Below, piece by piece: positions 28,979 to 39,913 of a stretch of 64,000 nt of DNA. Under the pieces are notes generated by a model. The model was not told the origin of the DNA. It ran no database searches and saw only the letters and a program-made list of their open reading frames with translations. Within the stretch, counting starts at the first letter, position 1. Every line of letters begins with the position of its first letter. Origin of the DNA: Nitrospinaceae bacterium (GTDB lineage: Bacteria > Nitrospinota > Nitrospinia > Nitrospinales > Nitrospinaceae); the NCBI GenBank assembly GCA_965237905.1, contig OZ250172.1, positions 1,504,001 to 1,568,000 on the forward strand, given 5' to 3'. Position numbers and translations under genes: made by a program.

Positions 28979-30466
28979 TCAATCGTGCTCGATCTGGGCT
29001 TTTTGCAGTGTGCCGCTGTAATCGACATAGACCGATTTCCATTCGGAAAAAATTTCGAGCGCCGTGGTGCCCGCTTCGCGATGGCCGTTGCCGGTGCCCT
29101 TGGTGCCGCCGAACGGCAGTTGGATTTCCGCGCCGATAGTCGACGCGTTGATGTAGGTAATTCCGGTATCCAGGGTTTCGATCGCTTTGAAGGCCCGGTT
29201 AACATCGCGCGTGTAAATGGCGGAGGACAGGCCGAATTTAGAATCGTTGACGATCTCCACCGCCTGTTCGAAGCTGTTGCAGGGGATGATGCCGAGCACC
29301 GGCCCGAAAATCTCCTCCTGCGCAATACGCATTTTGGGGGCCACATCGGCAAAAATCGTCGGCTGATAAAACGACCCGTTCTTGCAATCCTTGCCCGTGG
29401 CATGGTCGCCGCCGGTGAACAGTTTAGCACCTTCGTTCTTGCCGATTTGAACGTAGTTGTGCACCTTGGTGCGTTGGCTTTCGTTGATGAGCGGACCAAC
29501 GTCGGTTTTGGCATTGAGCCCGTCGCCCAGCTTCAGGGTTTTGGTGCGCGCGACCAGCAAGTCGATGAATTTTTTCACGATCTTTTTGTGAGCGATGACG
29601 CGGCTACAGGCGGTGCACCGCTGGCCGGTGGTGCCGAACGCGCCGAAGAGAACGCCTTCCACCGCAAGATCGAGATCGGCGTCGTCCATCACGATAATGG
29701 CGTTCTTGCCGCCCATCTCCAGGGAATACTGCTTCATGTTGCGCGCGCAGGAGGACGCGATCACTGCGCCGGTATCGGTCGATCCGGTGAAGGAAACGAG
29801 GTTGACCTTGTCGTGTTCGATCATGGGCGTGCCGACTTCAGTGCCGGAGCCGGTGACCAGATTCAATACGCCGGGGGGCAGTCCGGCTTGTTCACATATC
29901 TTGACGAAATTGACGACCGACAACGGCGTATCCGTCGCGGGTTTGATGATCACGGTGTTGCCGCAAATCAGTGCCGGCACCAGTTTCCATGACGGAATGG
30001 CGATGGGAAAGTTCCACGGGGTGATGGCAGAAACAACACCGACGGGCATCCGCACGGACATACAGAATTTATTTTTGAGTTCGGAGGGAACCGTTTCGCC
30101 GAGCAATCGGCGGCCTTCCCCGGCGGTGTAGTAGGTGAGGTCGATGGCCTCCTGCACGTCGCCGCGTGTTTCGCTGATCACCTTGCCCATTTCGCGCGTC
30201 ATGTCCTGTGCCAGAGATTCCTTTTGTTGCAGGAGCAGTTCGGCGACCTTGAACAGGATTTCCCCGCGCTTGGGAGCGGGAGTGGATCGCCATTTGGAGA
30301 GCGCCTCTGCGGCGGCTGAGATGGCTTCGTTCGCGTCTTTTTGATTGGATTTCTGGAACCGCCCCAAGACCTCGTTGTGATTGGCGGGGTTTACGTTTTC
30401 AAACGTTTCTCCGCTGGAAGACGCTTTCCATTGGCCGTTGATATAGTTTTTGAATAATTTTGACAT
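28979..30466 (-). CDS. NAD(P)-dependent aldehyde dehydrogenase
   Basis: [38 protein letters not shown]. Confidence 0.95.
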   Translation of the reverse strand: MSKLFKNYINGQWKASSSGETFENVNPANHNEVLGRFQKSNQKDANEAISAAAEALSKWRSTPAPKRGEILFKVAELLLQQKESLAQDMTREMGKVISETRGDVQEAIDLTYYTAGEGRRLLGETVPSELKNKFCMSVRMPVGVVSAITPWNFPIAIPSWKLVPALICGNTVIIKPATDTPLSVVNFVKICEQAGLPPGVLNLVTGSGTEVGTPMIEHDKVNLVSFTGSTDTGAVIASSCARNMKQYSLEMGGKNAIIVMDDADLDLAVEGVLFGAFGTTGQRCTACSRVIAHKKIVKKFIDLLVARTKTLKLGDGLNAKTDVGPLINESQRTKVHNYVQIGKNEGAKLFTGGDHATGKDCKNGSFYQPTIFADVAPKMRIAQEEIFGPVLGIIPCNSFEQAVEIVNDSKFGLSSAIYTRDVNRAFKAIETLDTGITYINASTIGAEIQLPFGGTKGTGNGHREAGTTALEIFSEWKSVYVDYSGTLQKAQIEHD

Positions 30467-30605
30467 GGGACACCTCTGATCTTTCAGGCGTTAACCAAAT
30501 TGCGATGAAGAAGATGAAGGGTTTGATGTATTTCAATGTGCGCCAAAACGCACCCAAAAATCCGTTGAGACGAGAACGCTCAAGCGGGAAGTGATTTCAC
30601 CTTCG

Positions 30606-30633
30606 AATATAACAAAAGGCCAAGGGAAGTCAA
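30606..30633 (-). promoter_or_regulatory. Putative sigma70 promoter of the aldehyde dehydrogenase gene
   Basis: TTGACT-16-TATATT with extended TG on the minus strand. Confidence 0.5.
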
Positions 30634-30667
30634 GGTGCAGGTAAGAATACCGGGGACGCTTTAAAAG

Positions 30668-31744
30668 TCAGGGGGTCAGAATTTTCTGAATATCGGCCTC
30701 GGCGACGCGGTCGACGATTTCCACGGTGCCAATATCACGCACCAGAACGAAGCGGATATTTTTGTCGTGCGCTTTTTTGTCCCGGTACAGGGTTTCGATG
30801 TACTCGCTGGCAGAGAATTCCGGCAGGCGCGAGGGCAGGCCGTATTGTTCGACCAGAGCCTCTATTTTTTGTACCACTGCTTTGGAGCATTGCCCCAGTT
30901 GGCAGGACAGTTTGGCGGCGTAGACCATACCGATGGCAACGGCTTCGCCATGCTTGAACTGGGAGTAACCGGTCAACGCTTCAATAGCGTGCCCGATGGT
31001 ATGGCCGAAATTCAAGACCATGCGGTAATTGCTTTCCCGTTCGTCGCGCTCCACGATTTTGGCTTTGATGGCGCAGGAAGTTTCGATGATGTGTTGGAGG
31101 CACTCCGTGTCCTGTTCCAGAATTTTTTCGGAGTTCTGTTCAAGGAAAGCGAACAGCTTGGGATCTTCGATGACTCCGTATTTGATGATTTCGGCCATAC
31201 CGGCACGGAATTCATCGAACGGCAGGGAGCGCAGGCTGTCGAGATCGATCGCTACCAACTGAGGCTGATAGAACGCGCCGATCAGGTTTTTCCCCTGGGG
31301 ATGGTTGACGGCGGTTTTCCCGCCCACACTGCTGTCCACTTGTGACAGCAGTGTGGTGGGAACCTGGATATAAGGTACCCCTCTCATGAAAGTTGCCGCG
31401 ATAAATCCGGTCAGATCGCCGATGACTCCACCTCCCAGGGCCACCAGCAGTGTGTTGCGGTCGTATTGGTTTTCGATCAGATGATCGTATACCGTTTGGG
31501 CGTCCTGCAGGGTTTTGTGCGTTTCTCCCTCCGGGATTTCCGCACATTCTATTTCCAGACCTGCGCTTTGGAGTCCTTCGGATAAAACTTTTCCGTAGAG
31601 TTTGTTGACGACGGGATTCGTGACTACCAGAGCCCGGCGGGTTCGTTCCCGGTGCACAAGATGATCACCCACGCGGGGAAGGAGGTTCCGGCCGATCAGG
31701 ATATCGTAACTCCTGTCGGCCAGATCAATCCTCAGTTTCTTCAT
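30668..31744 (-). CDS. aroB: 3-dehydroquinate synthase
   Basis: GGGVIGDL, PTTLLSQVDSSVGGKT, LNFGHTIGHA, HGEAV, DKK. Confidence 0.97.
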   Translation of the reverse strand: MKKLRIDLADRSYDILIGRNLLPRVGDHLVHRERTRRALVVTNPVVNKLYGKVLSEGLQSAGLEIECAEIPEGETHKTLQDAQTVYDHLIENQYDRNTLLVALGGGVIGDLTGFIAATFMRGVPYIQVPTTLLSQVDSSVGGKTAVNHPQGKNLIGAFYQPQLVAIDLDSLRSLPFDEFRAGMAEIIKYGVIEDPKLFAFLEQNSEKILEQDTECLQHIIETSCAIKAKIVERDERESNYRMVLNFGHTIGHAIEALTGYSQFKHGEAVAIGMVYAAKLSCQLGQCSKAVVQKIEALVEQYGLPSRLPEFSASEYIETLYRDKKAHDKNIRFVLVRDIGTVEIVDRVAEADIQKILTP

Positions 31745-33705
31745 TGATTGGTGAACGACGTTTCACTCCGCACTATGGTCGGAGTAACGAAAATCAGCAA
31801 TTCAGAAATATCGTCCTGCTCTGAGCGGTTTTTGAATAGATAGCCGATGATGGGAATATCGGCAAAGAAGGGTACATTGTTACGGTTTTCGGAAGTCGAT
31901 TTCTGATAGAGGCCGCCCAGCACGGTGGTGGCTCCGTTGTACACCAGAACTTCCGTAAACGCTTCCTTGGTGGCAATCGTAGGAATGCCCAGGACCGTTC
32001 TTGCAAAATCAGCCGTGTTCTGGGTGGCTGCAATTTTCATATAGATGTTTTCGTCCGCCGTAATATGAGGCGTCACCTTGAGCTCCAGGTTGGCATCCAC
32101 AAACTGTACTTTGGTTCCCTCGTTGGCCGAGGACGTTTGCACTGGAAATCGTTGACCACTCTGGATTTTGGCTTCTGTATTATCCAAGGTCGTTACTTTG
32201 GGAGACGCAATAGTCCGGGATTTCCCCTGGGATTCCAAAGCTTCCAACTGGATATCCAATACATGATCCGCATCAAAGGTCCTAAGAAGGATGCCAAATT
32301 GACCTGCGGGCGATCCGGCGGTACCCAGATCCACGATCAAACCGGGATCAATGCCGTCAGCGATAACATCAGCATCGGTTTGATCCTGGGCTCGGATCAC
32401 GCCGGTCCCACCAGTCCTGATAATTGCGGGAAAGCTATCCCCTGCACCAAAATCGGTCCTTTCGGTAAACGCACCCCACTGAATTCCTATTTCCTGGGCA
32501 AAGTTTCTGGTGACCTCGACAATTTTGGATTCGATCATCACCTGTGGTGTTTTCACATCCAGGGTTTTGATGACTGAAATCATTTCGTCTATTTTTGCAG
32601 GGATATCCGTCAAAATCAGGGTATTGGTACGGGCATCTGCGCTAATGCTCCCCCTGGGACTCTTTATCCCGGCAAGGTTAGTGACCATTTCCGAGATAAC
32701 GGCATAATTGATGCGAATCATCTCCGTAGCCAAAGGTTCGTCCACCTCAGCGGCTAACAGGGTCGCATTCGGTACAACGCGAATGATATTAGCTTCGCAC
32801 ACCCTGCCTAGACCGTTATTTTCCAAAATCAGTTCAAAGGCCCTGTTCCATGGGACATCTATGAGACGAATATTCACCGTTCCTGAAACATCCGGAGAAA
32901 GCATCAGGTTGAACCCACTGACTTCTGCAATAATCCGGAATATATTTTTAATATTGGCATTTTGGAAGTCCATTGAAAGGCTGTCTCTAACGCCGCCTAA
33001 CAGCTCGAAACAGGTATCATTCCTATCTCCCTCGTCGTCCTCCTCTTTTTTAGAGGTAGCATCCTTTTGGTCGCTGTCGGCCATGGCCACTTGTTCTGGA
33101 GCAGGCTCGGCTTGTTCTTCCGGAGCTTGAGCTTCCTTCGCCGGCGGCTCATTATCTTTCAGCCGAATATCCATCACATAGGAACTGGGGCGGAGAATTT
33201 CATAGGAGGCGGCCTTGGTGAGGCCGATTTCCAACCGCAGGACTTTTGCTTCTTCAAAATATAAAGGCCGAATGATACTGACCACTCCCTGATTCACTTC
33301 CATAACCCCGCTCAATTCACTTTTCCCCATGTTAGGAAAATCAAGAACCAAGCGAAGAGGATCGACTAATTTGAAGGCGGTATATTCCAAAGCCTGAGAG
33401 GAACGTAATTTGATGGAGACCTCGTTATCTTCCTTTGCCGTTTGCAAATCGACAATTTTCGAAAGCGTTCCGGCTTTGGCATCCCCCGAGGCCTGAGCCA
33501 TCAGCATTCTTTCGGCTTTGGTACCTTTTGCCGGGCTGATCATGATCATTTTCTTGGCGACCGCCTTTTTGCCGGACACAGATTTCCCGGGCTTCATTGC
33601 GCCGGTTTCTGCTTGGGCATCAAGAGCGGGTGAAAGGGTCAAACCCGCTCCGAGGATTATGGCAATCAAACCAAACATGAATTGATTTTTAATTTTTGTA
33701 TTCAC
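31741..33705 (-). CDS. pilQ: Type IV pilus secretin
   Basis: AMIN domain (FKLVDPLRLVLD), SMDFQNA..VPW, DARTNTL, QVMIESKIVE, VPFFADIPIIGYLFK, ELLIFVTP. Confidence 0.95.
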   Translation of the reverse strand: MNTKIKNQFMFGLIAIILGAGLTLSPALDAQAETGAMKPGKSVSGKKAVAKKMIMISPAKGTKAERMLMAQASGDAKAGTLSKIVDLQTAKEDNEVSIKLRSSQALEYTAFKLVDPLRLVLDFPNMGKSELSGVMEVNQGVVSIIRPLYFEEAKVLRLEIGLTKAASYEILRPSSYVMDIRLKDNEPPAKEAQAPEEQAEPAPEQVAMADSDQKDATSKKEEDDEGDRNDTCFELLGGVRDSLSMDFQNANIKNIFRIIAEVSGFNLMLSPDVSGTVNIRLIDVPWNRAFELILENNGLGRVCEANIIRVVPNATLLAAEVDEPLATEMIRINYAVISEMVTNLAGIKSPRGSISADARTNTLILTDIPAKIDEMISVIKTLDVKTPQVMIESKIVEVTRNFAQEIGIQWGAFTERTDFGAGDSFPAIIRTGGTGVIRAQDQTDADVIADGIDPGLIVDLGTAGSPAGQFGILLRTFDADHVLDIQLEALESQGKSRTIASPKVTTLDNTEAKIQSGQRFPVQTSSANEGTKVQFVDANLELKVTPHITADENIYMKIAATQNTADFARTVLGIPTIATKEAFTEVLVYNGATTVLGGLYQKSTSENRNNVPFFADIPIIGYLFKNRSEQDDISELLIFVTPTIVRSETSFTNQ

Positions 33706-33720
33706 GATACGTCCTCACTC

Positions 33721-35280
33721 CTATTCATCTGGATGGGGGAATTCAATAAACTCGGTTTGGGTAACAATTTTTCCGTCATATTTTCGAAGCCGTTCCAGTA
33801 TAACCACTCTTTCCTCATCAATGGATTGGACCACTCCGAAATTAGGCCCTATAAAGGAGCCTACACGGATAGTATGACCCTTGGTATCCGGTGTTTCGAT
33901 CAAACCAACGGTTTCTTTTTCATCCCAAATAACTCCGGCAAATGTCAAACTGCCCAAGCTGGATTGCAATGGCGTTTGAACCAACAGTTCCACCTCTTCC
34001 CTGGCTTTAGCAATCAACTTTTTATATTGAGCAACTTCTTCTTTCAGTTCGGAGGGTTTCATTCCGCTCAACCCAATTTTGTTTTTGAACAAGGCCCCGT
34101 AGTACTCAAGATCCGAATACAAGCGCGGGTTGCTTTCCTTAATTCTTTGATACAATTCAAAGGGAATGGCAGGAAGTCCGCCAATGGTGGCTTCCATCAC
34201 CCTAATAGTTTCTTCATCCGATTTGCGGGGTCCCGGTTTCCCTGGGCCTGGGCCCGGCTTGGCCGGTCCCTTTTTCCTTTTAATGTCTTTTTTCTCGGGC
34301 AGTATCAGAGGAATAAAGGGATCACGGTTCTCTGAGAACAGATGCCGAAGCCCGGGAGCAAAAACCACTCGGGTCGTTTGGACATTCTGGTGTCCTGATT
34401 CAATAACTCTCAGAAGGCTTTCCATATGTCTCCGGGCTTTCCGGTTAATGGTGGCTAAACCAGCCAAATTCCCCTCGCGATCCACCTTCCGGAACCATTG
34501 GCCCGCAGAAGATTCATAAAACTGAATCAACTTTCGAAGCTCCCGATCGGAAAGGGAACGGTAATTGTACATATGCGCAAGCAATATATGCGACCGAAGT
34601 TGTTCCCGCAGATCGGATCTAAGACGGTTGATAAGCGTCTCTGCATGGGGCGCACTGAATTCCCTGTTGACCGGATTCGTCAACTGAAGCACGGTAGCCT
34701 CCAAATCGATAACCTCATCCACCAGACTCATTGCTTTTTCAAGTTGATCAAACAAGTTGATACGATTTTTCTTGGGCGGTGCTTTAATGATCTTTTCCAG
34801 AAATTTTTGATAAGTTCTCTGGCTTACTTTCAGCGATTTAATATTGAGGCGAACCACTTTTCGCCCAACAGCAGACCGGAAAAACCGGACACTCCGGATA
34901 ACATGCGCCCCGTGATAGTTGCTTGTGATCTTCTTTAATTTCTGATTGTAAAAGTTACCCGCCCTGAAGGTTCCCTTATAAATATTATTGATCAATGCAA
35001 TATGCTCAATAGACAAACCCAAAGACTGAAGGACCCTCGGCCGGGTCCAGAGGGATGCCCCTATTCTTTTTTTGGACAGAAACCTTCTTTCCTTGTCAAA
35101 TCCACTGACGTTATAGAGCTGTCGGGACAGACTTTGTTTGGTTTTCGAACTGGTTTTAGCAATCGCCTGTCCACCGGCCAGCCAATGAGTGGATACCCAA
35201 ACCGCGACCATAAAGATGGCGATCAATCCCTTTTTAATGTCCATCCGCTGATTCAATAGTTGCATATTCGCTACTTTCAT
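33721..35280 (-). CDS. pilP: Extended PilP-like protein (N-terminal DUF2059-like region + C-terminal PilP domain)
   Basis: Lies between pilO and pilQ; RDPF motif and C-terminal LTFAGVIW..GLIETPD.KGHTIRVGSFIGPNFGVV; LSDRELRKLIQFYESSAGQ resembles DUF2059. Confidence 0.75.
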   Translation of the reverse strand: MKVANMQLLNQRMDIKKGLIAIFMVAVWVSTHWLAGGQAIAKTSSKTKQSLSRQLYNVSGFDKERRFLSKKRIGASLWTRPRVLQSLGLSIEHIALINNIYKGTFRAGNFYNQKLKKITSNYHGAHVIRSVRFFRSAVGRKVVRLNIKSLKVSQRTYQKFLEKIIKAPPKKNRINLFDQLEKAMSLVDEVIDLEATVLQLTNPVNREFSAPHAETLINRLRSDLREQLRSHILLAHMYNYRSLSDRELRKLIQFYESSAGQWFRKVDREGNLAGLATINRKARRHMESLLRVIESGHQNVQTTRVVFAPGLRHLFSENRDPFIPLILPEKKDIKRKKGPAKPGPGPGKPGPRKSDEETIRVMEATIGGLPAIPFELYQRIKESNPRLYSDLEYYGALFKNKIGLSGMKPSELKEEVAQYKKLIAKAREEVELLVQTPLQSSLGSLTFAGVIWDEKETVGLIETPDTKGHTIRVGSFIGPNFGVVQSIDEERVVILERLRKYDGKIVTQTEFIEFPHPDE

Positions 35281-35285
35281 ACCCT

Positions 35286-35927
35286 TTATTTGACTTTCTC
35301 AGAACCTTCGATATACGCAAAGGTACTGGCTGTGATTTGAGTTCGCAAAGCATCTACGCTTTTCTGCTCTTTTTCACCGTCCTCATTGACTACTATCTTG
35401 GTAGCCTTCCCCCTATTCATTGTAAATTGTTTCACATTGACCACCCGAAGCAAATTCTGCAGTGAATCGAAAAATCCTGCCGTTTGATAATAGTTCCCGC
35501 TAATGGTCAACGACACGGAAATGGATTTATAAAAACCTTTGCTTTGGGCCGGCGCCAGTTTAAAAGAAACAATATCCACACCCAGGAAATCTCCAATATC
35601 CGAAATTTTGTGAATCAGAAGCGGAATCTCCTCAGCCATGGGTAATTGCCTCTTTTTCTCTCCCAGAGTGCCAAAGAGCGCGGCTACCTGTTTGGTGATT
35701 GCTTCTTTTTTCGCGCCTTCCGCCAGATACAGGGCAAGTTTTATTTCTGTTTCCGCCAACTGCTTATCAAGCTTGGCCTTCTCCTCTGCGTTGGGACTGA
35801 ACCCCAAATAAAACCAAAGGCCAACAATGGCCACAGCCAAACCCGCAAATATCCCGAAATAATGCGCGGGTTTGAAATTGGCGAAGGTCTCGTAGGGTAT
35901 TTTGTCAAATAGCTTGTTCAGGTTCAT
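35286..35927 (-). CDS. pilO: Type IV pilus alignment protein PilO
   Basis: One TM, coiled coil, LP..EEIP.L, FY..I....GNY....FF....L.RVVN. Confidence 0.9.
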   Translation of the reverse strand: MNLNKLFDKIPYETFANFKPAHYFGIFAGLAVAIVGLWFYLGFSPNAEEKAKLDKQLAETEIKLALYLAEGAKKEAITKQVAALFGTLGEKKRQLPMAEEIPLLIHKISDIGDFLGVDIVSFKLAPAQSKGFYKSISVSLTISGNYYQTAGFFDSLQNLLRVVNVKQFTMNRGKATKIVVNEDGEKEQKSVDALRTQITASTFAYIEGSEKVK

Positions 35928-35937
35928 GTATCCAGCC

Positions 35938-36600
35938 TCATGCCGCAGGTTTTGTGTTCAGGAAATGCAAGTAAATCACGAACCTCTGCACCGGTTGTTT
36001 TTCCATCCAGGCTCTTTGTGACGTATTGAGTACTACCGCATCAATGTAGGGAATCGCTCTTAATTGCTCCAGGAAATTAACGATCGGCTGATCGTCTGTC
36101 CCCACTCCCCTCAACTCAATAAATTTATCAGCCCCGTCTTCTTTACCTTTCTTCTTTGGTCTTCTTCTTTTTGATTTTTTATCATCATAAGCAATGAACA
36201 GAAATGGGACTCTTTTACTTTGAATCTCTGTCATGCCCACTTGCCTGGTCGACGTCAGCCAAATCCCTTCTGGAACTGCCTGACCCATATCTTCCAAAAA
36301 TTCAGTGGTTCGTGCTTGATTCGATCGCAACTGATCGATACCTTTTATGATTTTTTGATACTGTGCTCTCTGTTTTTTCATTTGCTGGACTGCGTTATAG
36401 TTCGGAGTTGCAGCCGCAACCTCAATTTGGACTTCGGCCAAATTATCTTTTGTAATCCCAATCAACGCTAGTTGGATTATCCAGACCACAAAGCATGCAA
36501 GGAAGGTGGCCGTGCTGGCTGCCCCCACCAGGACAACCCGCTTCTGGATTTCGACATCCCGGATAACTCTCTTATAATCGTATAAATTGATAGTAATCAT
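35938..36600 (-). CDS. pilN: Type IV pilus alignment protein PilN
   Basis: MITINL motif, TM, coiled coil, VPEGIWLT. Confidence 0.88.
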   Translation of the reverse strand: MITINLYDYKRVIRDVEIQKRVVLVGAASTATFLACFVVWIIQLALIGITKDNLAEVQIEVAAATPNYNAVQQMKKQRAQYQKIIKGIDQLRSNQARTTEFLEDMGQAVPEGIWLTSTRQVGMTEIQSKRVPFLFIAYDDKKSKRRRPKKKGKEDGADKFIELRGVGTDDQPIVNFLEQLRAIPYIDAVVLNTSQRAWMEKQPVQRFVIYLHFLNTKPAA

Positions 36601-37682
36601 ATATAGTCAAACCTTCTTGTTGCGAGACCAATTGCTACGGTCGCTATAGGAGCCATTTGAGCCAGACTTTGCGCATCGAATTTTCTTGCTCCCAATCGAA
36701 TGGCCTCCATAGGATTGAATATTTCCACCGGCACTCCCAGCCGGTCTGCCAGAAATCCATCCACACCTGGAATCATCGCCCCACCGCCGCAAAGAAAGGC
36801 CTGTTCCACCTGACTGTTGGATGTGGTGCTGAAAAACTCGAATGACTTGTGGAGTTCTTCCAGAATAGGCTCAAAGGATTCGATAATCGCTTCAATGACC
36901 TCCTCCTTCTCCGCTCCTTCAGGAATGGCGCCCAACTTGATGTTTTCCGAATCCCTGTATTCTAATTCATATTTATCCATCAGTTTGTTGGTGCAAGCGT
37001 CCTGACCGCCAGGGATGTCCCGCGTGTAAGAGGTCACACCATCCATCAAAATATTGAGATGGGTAAAAGCGCCTCCTAGATCAACAATAGCCACGGAACC
37101 CATATCCTGAAGGTTCCTGGAAATGTTGATGGCATTCACCATGGCAAAAACATCCAAATCAATAATGACCGGTTTGAGCCCCGCCGCAGTCAATACGTTG
37201 GAACGGTTATCGATAATTTCGTTCTGGACCGCCACCAGAAGAATTTCCTGCTTTTCCTCTTCTTCCTCAAACTCATGCTCTTCCAGAGTGGGAGTCCCTT
37301 CCAGGATTTGAAAGTCAATCCGAACATCATCGATGTCAAAGGGAATGTATTGTTCCGCTTCCTGGGGAATAAACTCCTCCAACTCTTGATGTGACATCAC
37401 AGGGACTTTGATTTTCTTGATCATCACCGCCTCGCCGGCCACAGAAGCCACTGCATGAGGATGATTATCCAAACCCTCCGCTTTGACTAGACGGGCCAAG
37501 GCATCTACCACGTGGTCTTCATCCTGCACTACCCCTTCGAGAACCGATTCGGATTCCAAAGGCATCACTCCAAAATTCGATAACTCGTATTTGCCCGGAG
37601 TCCCCATCAAACGGCCTACCTTGATGGAATTTGACCCGATATCTACTGCGAGTAGAGGTGTTTTGGCTGAAAGAAACATCAA
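36597..37682 (-). CDS. pilM: Type IV pilus actin-like protein PilM
   Basis: AVDIGSNSIK, EAEQYIPF, ILLVAV, AGL, LCGGGA, AIGLA.R; start TTG 37682 or ATG 37679. Confidence 0.94.
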   Translation of the reverse strand: MMFLSAKTPLLAVDIGSNSIKVGRLMGTPGKYELSNFGVMPLESESVLEGVVQDEDHVVDALARLVKAEGLDNHPHAVASVAGEAVMIKKIKVPVMSHQELEEFIPQEAEQYIPFDIDDVRIDFQILEGTPTLEEHEFEEEEEKQEILLVAVQNEIIDNRSNVLTAAGLKPVIIDLDVFAMVNAINISRNLQDMGSVAIVDLGGAFTHLNILMDGVTSYTRDIPGGQDACTNKLMDKYELEYRDSENIKLGAIPEGAEKEEVIEAIIESFEPILEELHKSFEFFSTTSNSQVEQAFLCGGGAMIPGVDGFLADRLGVPVEIFNPMEAIRLGARKFDAQSLAQMAPIATVAIGLATRRFDYI

Positions 37683-37931
37683 TTAACTCCTAAATTCTTC
37701 CATTTACGTTAATTCCCTAAATACGAAACTTCCATTTTTTAAAGGCTCCTTTGCTGGAAGCCCGCAGGAAACTGAGCTCCTCTGCATAAAACAATGGGTC
37801 GTTTCCCTTCACCTACTAAATCTTTCTTGATCGCCTGGATGTTTTACTGGCCAAGTAAATAATCCGCAAAGATAAAGCTGAAGCTGGATAGGATTGACTC
37901 CTCCAAGAAAATCCCAAACCGTAGTACTTGC

Positions 37932-38177
37932 TTACTTCTTTACCCCGCTCTTTTTCTTTTTAGTCCCAGTACTCGATCCGTCCAAAAATATCTTGGACCG
38001 GTCACCCAACTTGTACCCCAAGGCTAAAATTATCTTGCGCTTGGTGTCCAAACGACAATCGTTGCCCTTCTCGATCCGGTCGACAGTTTGCACGGTGACA
38101 CTGGCCTTACGGGCCAGTTCCGCCTTGCTCATCATCTTGGATTCGCGAATGGTGCGAACATTGTTGAATTGGGACAC
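37932..38177 (-). CDS. Small XRE-family HTH protein upstream of pilM
   Basis: NNVRTIRESKMMSKAELARKASVTVQTVDRIEKG; GTG start at 38177 after RBS GGAGG. Confidence 0.85.
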   Translation of the reverse strand: MSQFNNVRTIRESKMMSKAELARKASVTVQTVDRIEKGNDCRLDTKRKIILALGYKLGDRSKIFLDGSSTGTKKKKSGVKK

Positions 38178-38256
38178 GCTATTCCCCTCCAAAGTTCTTC
38201 ATGGGATGTGCTGTTTGGTTTTCTCTAACTAACTGTTTTTGTCACTGGATATTCTC

Positions 38257-38285
38257 AATATAAGGGAACTCATATTAAGAGTCAA
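38257..38285 (-). promoter_or_regulatory. Putative sigma70 promoter for HTH-pilMNOPQ-aroB
   Basis: TTGACT-17-TATATT on the minus strand in an AT-rich intergenic region. Confidence 0.6.
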
Positions 38286-38581
38286 TAACATTTTGAAATT
38301 TAATCATATAAGGTGTTTAATACATCAAACTATAGCTAAATTACTATAAATTTGAGTGAATGATTTCAAAGCATGCATTATCTGTTTCAGCCCTGTTTTA
38401 TGCGGGGAAACGGGTGGGGGGAACTGAAAAAAGTTGTTTAAAAACGTCCCGCCAGTTTGGGTCAAAAATCCTCCAAATCACGACCCATTTTGGACTATTT
38501 TTTTCAATGATTTATAGAACAAATGAAGCTCTTCGAATTCCCGGTTGGATAATTCAGAATTTTTGGTAGAATCCAGATCCT

Positions 38582-39913
38582 ATGAAACAAGTCTATATGG
38601 AAACCTTCGGATGCCAAATGAACGCGGCAGATTCCGACCGAATGGAACTGTTGCTGTTCCAATCCGGATACCTGCGTACCCCACATGTGGAGGACGCTGA
38701 TCTGGTACTCGTAAATACCTGTTCTATAAGAGAAAAAGCTGAGCAAAAGGTGTTTTCCCTGTTTGGGGGTCTAAAACCCTTAAAACAAGCTAATCCTGAC
38801 CTCATCCTGGGGGTGGCGGGCTGTCTGGCCCAGCAGGAGCAGGCCGTTCTAATGGACCGGATGCCTCTCCTGGATTTCATCATCGGGCCCGACGCTGTCG
38901 AGTCCATCCAGCAAATTGTCCATCGCGTGCATCAAGGGGAAGGACCGGTGGTATGGACGGAATTTGATTCTGAGAAAAACTATTCCATACCCGAACAACC
39001 GCTGATCAAAGACCCCGGTCCCAGTGCCTTTGTGAACATCATTAAAGGGTGTGATAAGTTTTGTAGTTTCTGCGTGGTCCCCTACACCCGGGGCCGGGAG
39101 AAATCGCGTGAAGCCGAGGAGATCTATGCGGAAATCCGCCAGTTGGTGGATAAAGGTGCGAAGGAGATTGTTCTTCTCGGTCAGAACGTCAACGCCTATG
39201 GCAAGCGCGGTTTGCAACAACCGGTGGCCTTCCACGAACTGCTGTACGGGATCGCGGAAATAAAGGGCGTGGAGCGGTTGCGTTTCATCACCAGTCATCC
39301 GATGGATTTCACCCGCGAATTGATCCAAGCTTACTGCGACATCGATATCCTTATGAACCACCTGCACTTGCCGGTCCAAAGCGGAAGTAACCGCATCCTG
39401 GAATTGATGCGCCGGAGCCATACCATTGAATGGTATATGGATCTCATCGCACAACTGAAAAGCGAAGTACCGGATATTGCTTTATCAACGGATATCATTG
39501 TCGGCTTTCCCGGAGAAACGCGGAAAGAGTTTGAGGACACCCTACAATTGATGGAACAAGTGAGATTCAACAACAGCTACATGTTCACCTACAGTCCCAG
39601 GCCCAATACCCCGGCGCTGGAAATGGCAGACGATATTCCGCACGAAGAAAAGCAGGAACGCCTGCAGCGAACGATTCAACTTCAAAACCGCCTCACCGAG
39701 GAAAACAGTCAGGCGTTTCTAGGGCAGGATGTTGAGGTATTGATTGAAAGCGCAACCGCGCGAAAAGGAATGTCGTTCAAGGGCCGAAACCCGCACTACT
39801 GGTCTGTGGTATTTAAAGGTGGGGAGGACCGCCTAAAGCTGGGTGATGTCACCCGCGTCCGGGTGGAAGAGGCCAACGGTCATGTTTTGAGGGGAAGTTG
39901 GACCGGTCAATAA
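38582..39913 (+). CDS. miaB: tRNA-2-methylthio-N6-dimethylallyladenosine synthase
   Basis: TFGCQMN, NTCSIREKAE, GCLAQ, CDKFCSFC radical-SAM motif, HLPVQSGS, C-terminal TRAM domain. Confidence 0.96.
   Translation: MKQVYMETFGCQMNAADSDRMELLLFQSGYLRTPHVEDADLVLVNTCSIREKAEQKVFSLFGGLKPLKQANPDLILGVAGCLAQQEQAVLMDRMPLLDFIIGPDAVESIQQIVHRVHQGEGPVVWTEFDSEKNYSIPEQPLIKDPGPSAFVNIIKGCDKFCSFCVVPYTRGREKSREAEEIYAEIRQLVDKGAKEIVLLGQNVNAYGKRGLQQPVAFHELLYGIAEIKGVERLRFITSHPMDFTRELIQAYCDIDILMNHLHLPVQSGSNRILELMRRSHTIEWYMDLIAQLKSEVPDIALSTDIIVGFPGETRKEFEDTLQLMEQVRFNNSYMFTYSPRPNTPALEMADDIPHEEKQERLQRTIQLQNRLTEENSQAFLGQDVEVLIESATARKGMSFKGRNPHYWSVVFKGGEDRLKLGDVTRVRVEEANGHVLRGSWTGQ

Noticed and set aside
37683..37931. Possible c-di-GMP riboswitch upstream of pilM
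   Set aside because: Could not find the class I or class II conserved motifs by eye
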